Below, one piece after another: positions 56,149-64,000 of a stretch of 64,000 nucleotides of DNA (the stretch's first letter is position 1; each line of letters begins with the position of its first letter). The stretch comes from Eledone cirrhosa (Eukaryota), in NCBI GenBank assembly GCA_964016885.1, contig CAXHJY010000724.1, forward strand, positions 1 through 64,000, in the 5' to 3' direction. A program made the translations under genes and the position numbers. The notes beneath the pieces were generated by a model that ran no database searches, had not been told where the DNA came from, and saw only the letters and a list, made by a program, of their open reading frames with translations.

Positions 56149-56206
56149 TCGTCATCACCGTCATCATCATCATCGTCATCATCATCATCACCATCGTCAC
56201 CATCAC

Positions 56207-56261
<55 letters not shown>

Positions 56262-56368
56262 GTCATCATCGCCATCACCATCATCATCATCATCATCATC
56301 GTCATCGCCATCGTCACCATCATCACGACCATCATCATCATCATCAACGTCGCCATCATCTTCATCAT
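56149..56368. repeat. (CAT)n microsatellite
   Basis: Directly visible. Confidence 0.97.
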
Positions 56369-57907
56369 TTTACGTCCGCATTCCATGTTGGCCTAAATAG
56401 TGTAGGTTGTCACGATCCGAGATAATACGTTGGTAATGCATGGGATAATATATATGTATGTCCTTTCTAGTACCAACCACATTATATGATACACTAGGTG
56501 ATTAGGATCGTGATAATAGCAATAGAACTTTACAGAATTCACTGGGTGTATCTTAGTCTGTCCCTGCATTAGAAAGGAACATTTACTTTAGTCAGAATAT
56601 TTTTAGTAAGAATGTATATGAATATACATATGCATATACATATATTTATGTATGTAAATATGTATATATGCGGAAGAACTCATAAGAGTCAACGGCTATC
56701 CAAAAATGTGTAAATATGTATATGCACATGAACATATATATGTATATGAGTATATGCGTGTGTGCAAGAGTATGTACATACGCAGGGACATAGAAATAGT
56801 CGGGCTGGATACCCAATTGCGCGTTTAAACAACTGGGAGTGAAGGACCCCTAGCCTTTATCAGGTCATTCGTCTAGGTGAAGGCAACTCAGGAAACTGGG
56901 ATAACTCCGACATAAAACCTGAAGCTCAATAGTTACTGATGATGTTGATCTTTTCTTATTTTCAGTTTATCGCTACTGTTGCTCATAGAGTGGGATTGGC
57001 TCAGTGCACAGTATTTCCTCACTTTAGAAAAAAATCTTCACGCACGGGCATAGGGTGATAGAATTAATTTATCGTTATTAATAATGGTATATTGTGCAAT
57101 GGCCATACTCAATAACGAAGGCGCAGCCATTATATCTGCATGCATATATGTATATATGCATGCATGCTTATATTTATATATGTGTGTATGTGTGTGTGTG
57201 CGTGCATGTATGTGTGTGTGTGCATATATACATGCACACATATATAAACATAAGCATGCATGTATATATGCACACACACACATACACGCACGCATACACA
57301 CACATACACACAAACACACATACACACACATACACACACATATACTCTTTTACTCTTTTACCTGTTTCAGCCATCCGGCTGAGGCCATGCTGGGGCACCG
57401 CCCATATATATATATATATGTTTATATGTAAAACTGTTAGTTCTTGCAGAGGAAGTTTGTATGATAGAGTAGTTTCTTTGATAAATGTATTGGCCTCTCC
57501 TTGAAGATAACGGAGAACATATTACTCCCATGTTCCCAGCGATGGACGGTTCTAACCTTCCTCTTGATGGGGCATTTACGTGACTCGTGAATAGTGTATA
57601 CTAATTAGGCAAACCCAGGGAAATGGCTCACGGATCGTATCTTAAATTGATTTATATTTACTGGTAGCATTATATATATATATATATATATATATATAAC
57701 GAAGGAAATGTGGTAAGGAACCAGGTGGACCATAACGCACCAAAGTACTCAATACTTGAGGTAGTAGAGTGTGTAATAGGAAGCAGTAAGACCCCGACAG
57801 CTGAGCTCAAGTCGTTTCGACGGCTAATTCTGGACTAAAATGCTCAGTGAATATCGAAGTATATTAGCCAAACACACTAAGAACTAAGCCATGTATATAT
57901 ATATATA

Positions 57908-58405
<498 letters not shown>

Positions 58406-59616
58406 GGCTTAGTTCTTAGTGTGTTTGGCTAATATACTTCGATATTCACTAAGCAGTGTGTCATTTGAATATAATTTTTATTTCACGCTGCTTCACTCGA
58501 GACCCATCTGTTTATGATTTGTAACTGTAATCAAACTGTCAACCTTGTCACACACTGTCATGCCGAATTTCTCTGTATATGCTTCAATGGAAGAACTACT
58601 GGTGATCATTTAGGTGGAAATAAAACACTGAAATTGATAATGGCGCTGGTTATGTACGACTATGCTAATATATGTTGCACGTTTAGGAAAGTGTGTTATG
58701 TTGATAGTTGGCAGGGAGTATAGTGATTGCTTCCTTTGGTAGTAAGGAAATTGTTACACGTTATGATATATCCCAATAGAAAAATACATTTTTATAACTT
58801 GATGAATTTATGAGCACAGGAGCGCTTTATTTAAGGATACTCTGAAGTACAGTATCAAGAGATTCATTGGTTTCACATTTACTCTCATACACTAATTGCT
58901 AATTACATTACAAATGTTTATTATCATGACAAAAACTCTTAATTCTCAAATTCTGGATGGAAATAGTGACCTTATGAGAAATATTTGCATTTATAAAGAG
59001 ATGTGATTGTCAGATATTTTATACATCTCATAGAATTGTATGTAAAAGCCTGTTATATCATATATATTAACGTAGGGAGGAAATTTGAACTGCCAGATAT
59101 GCACTTGTCAATCGAAAATTCATGTAAAATGAGATGACATAAAAAATTCAGAAATTAATTCTTTTTTAGTTTTGTGAAATAAAGAAATTCCGAACCGTAT
59201 ACTTTAACAGGATAATTGTTAATCATTGTGATTTCTACTAAAAACAATAATAAGATTAAAGCTGGCGTGAGTTGATTTGTTAATCTTATCAGCAAAAATA
59301 AAGTTAAACCTGTTGACAAATGTCTCTTGTGGTGTCGGATTTCATATGTTTTCTGAATTATTATTTCATTATTATTTTTCTTGCGCGTCGTTACTGCTTT
59401 CCGAGCACTGCTCGTGTATGAGCAGTATAATTTTAGCTGTTGTTGTTTCTATTGTATTGATAGTACTTTTCCTAACATGGGTGCAGTGCCTAGTAGTTCT
59501 ATCTTTTGATGCTGTATATATATATGTAAAATCTGGGATTTGGGCTATGTATTTGTCTGTGATTTGTTTATCATTCCTAGAGCACATATTATTAGTATTA
59601 TTATTATTATTATTAT

Positions 59617-63023
<3,407 letters not shown>

Positions 63024-64000
63024 CGTTCTTTGAGACACAGTCATTGATGTTAGTTAACTAGAAAGTTTGTTGAAATGAATATCAAGCCACTACCTGCAGC
63101 ATCAGATATTAATGACGTATCGGAGGGTTCTTGCTGTTCCCAGCAAGCATGCCTTTTGAAGTGTTCCAAAAAGCGGGGCTGGACTAATTTTCTTTGACCA
63201 TCCCTGGAAAATCTTTGAGATAGTACCTAGTGCGCCTATGACAATCGGGACAACTTTGACTTCATGGCAGTTCCAAATCCTTTTTACCTCCCACTTTACG
63301 TCCTGGTATCGGTTAATTTTCTCACTCTCCTTCTCTTGCACTCTCGTGTCGAATGGGCAGGCTACATCTACAATCAGACACGATCTTTTTTCCTTGTACA
63401 AAACCACCAGGTCAGGTCTATTGTGTTCCAGATTCTTGTCCGTCTGTATCCTAAAACCCACAGCACCTTCACCTGATCGTTTTATATCACCCACTCTGGC
63501 TTATGCTCATACCACTTCTCAGAATGTGGTAAATTGTTTACTTTGCATAGGGGCCAGTGGATCACGCTGCCCAACACATCATGTCTGCAGCTTTTATAGT
63601 GAGTCTGGGCTAGGAGTTTACACTCGGATACAATGTGAGCCACAGTCTCCTATCTCTCTCCACTGATCCTACACACTTGGTAAGACTCCTCCTTGTAAAT
63701 ATGGTGTTTCACCCACTTCATTTTGAGGGCCTACTCTTGCGCAGCCATTAGCATTCCTTCTGTAGTCTTTTTAAGGTCTCCTCTTTTCAACCAGTTCCAT
63801 GTCTGTGGATCTCTAAATTCAGTTTTCTCAAAGAAGGTAATATGAACGGATTTTTCATGAAGGTTGCTCTTCCTCCTCGTTGTTATTTCCTCCTTGGACA
63901 TACCCTGGTCTATTGTCCTCTCCTTCATTACAATTCTGAGCATTGTCTCTCTACTATCAGTCATGTATTTGTGTAGGTTGTTTTTCTCCATCTGAACACA
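63024..64000 (-). mobile_element. R4/Dong-type LINE family A, 3' part (runs off the window)
   Basis: WLKRGDLKKTTEGMLMAAQE, NRPDLVV, VDVACPFD, PIVIGALG, LQKACLLGT; matches 8886-9770 including the 3' UTR. Confidence 0.9.

Noticed and set aside
55567-56425. His-, Ser- or Met-rich ORFs resembling metal-binding proteins
   Set aside because: They are (CAT)n microsatellite open in several frames at once

Overview
AT-rich, microsatellite-saturated eukaryotic non-genic DNA. The SINE/LINE complement suggests an octopus-like cephalopod (inference). I can support no host protein-coding gene; most short ORFs in the track are microsatellite read-throughs. The window holds one apparently full-length but disrupted Tx1/L1-type LINE in an (AAT)n tract and five R4/Dong-type (restriction-like endonuclease) LINE copies, four of them tied to (TAA)n. 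It also has several Penelope-like element (PLE) insertions and short PLE-terminus hairpin inserts embedded in (TA)n, tRNA-derived SINEs (some tandem), and Tc1/mariner remnants. The most notable signal, read by eye, is about a dozen type-I hammerhead-ribozyme motifs from about eight sequence families, each close to an insert 3' end. They include canonical cores, minimal forms with a palindromic stem III, and recurrent core variants (U3-A8 covariant, U4C, U4A, GCAA). PLE-associated hammerheads are established biology; the density, the variant cores and the head-to-head ribozyme hairpins here are what merit testing.
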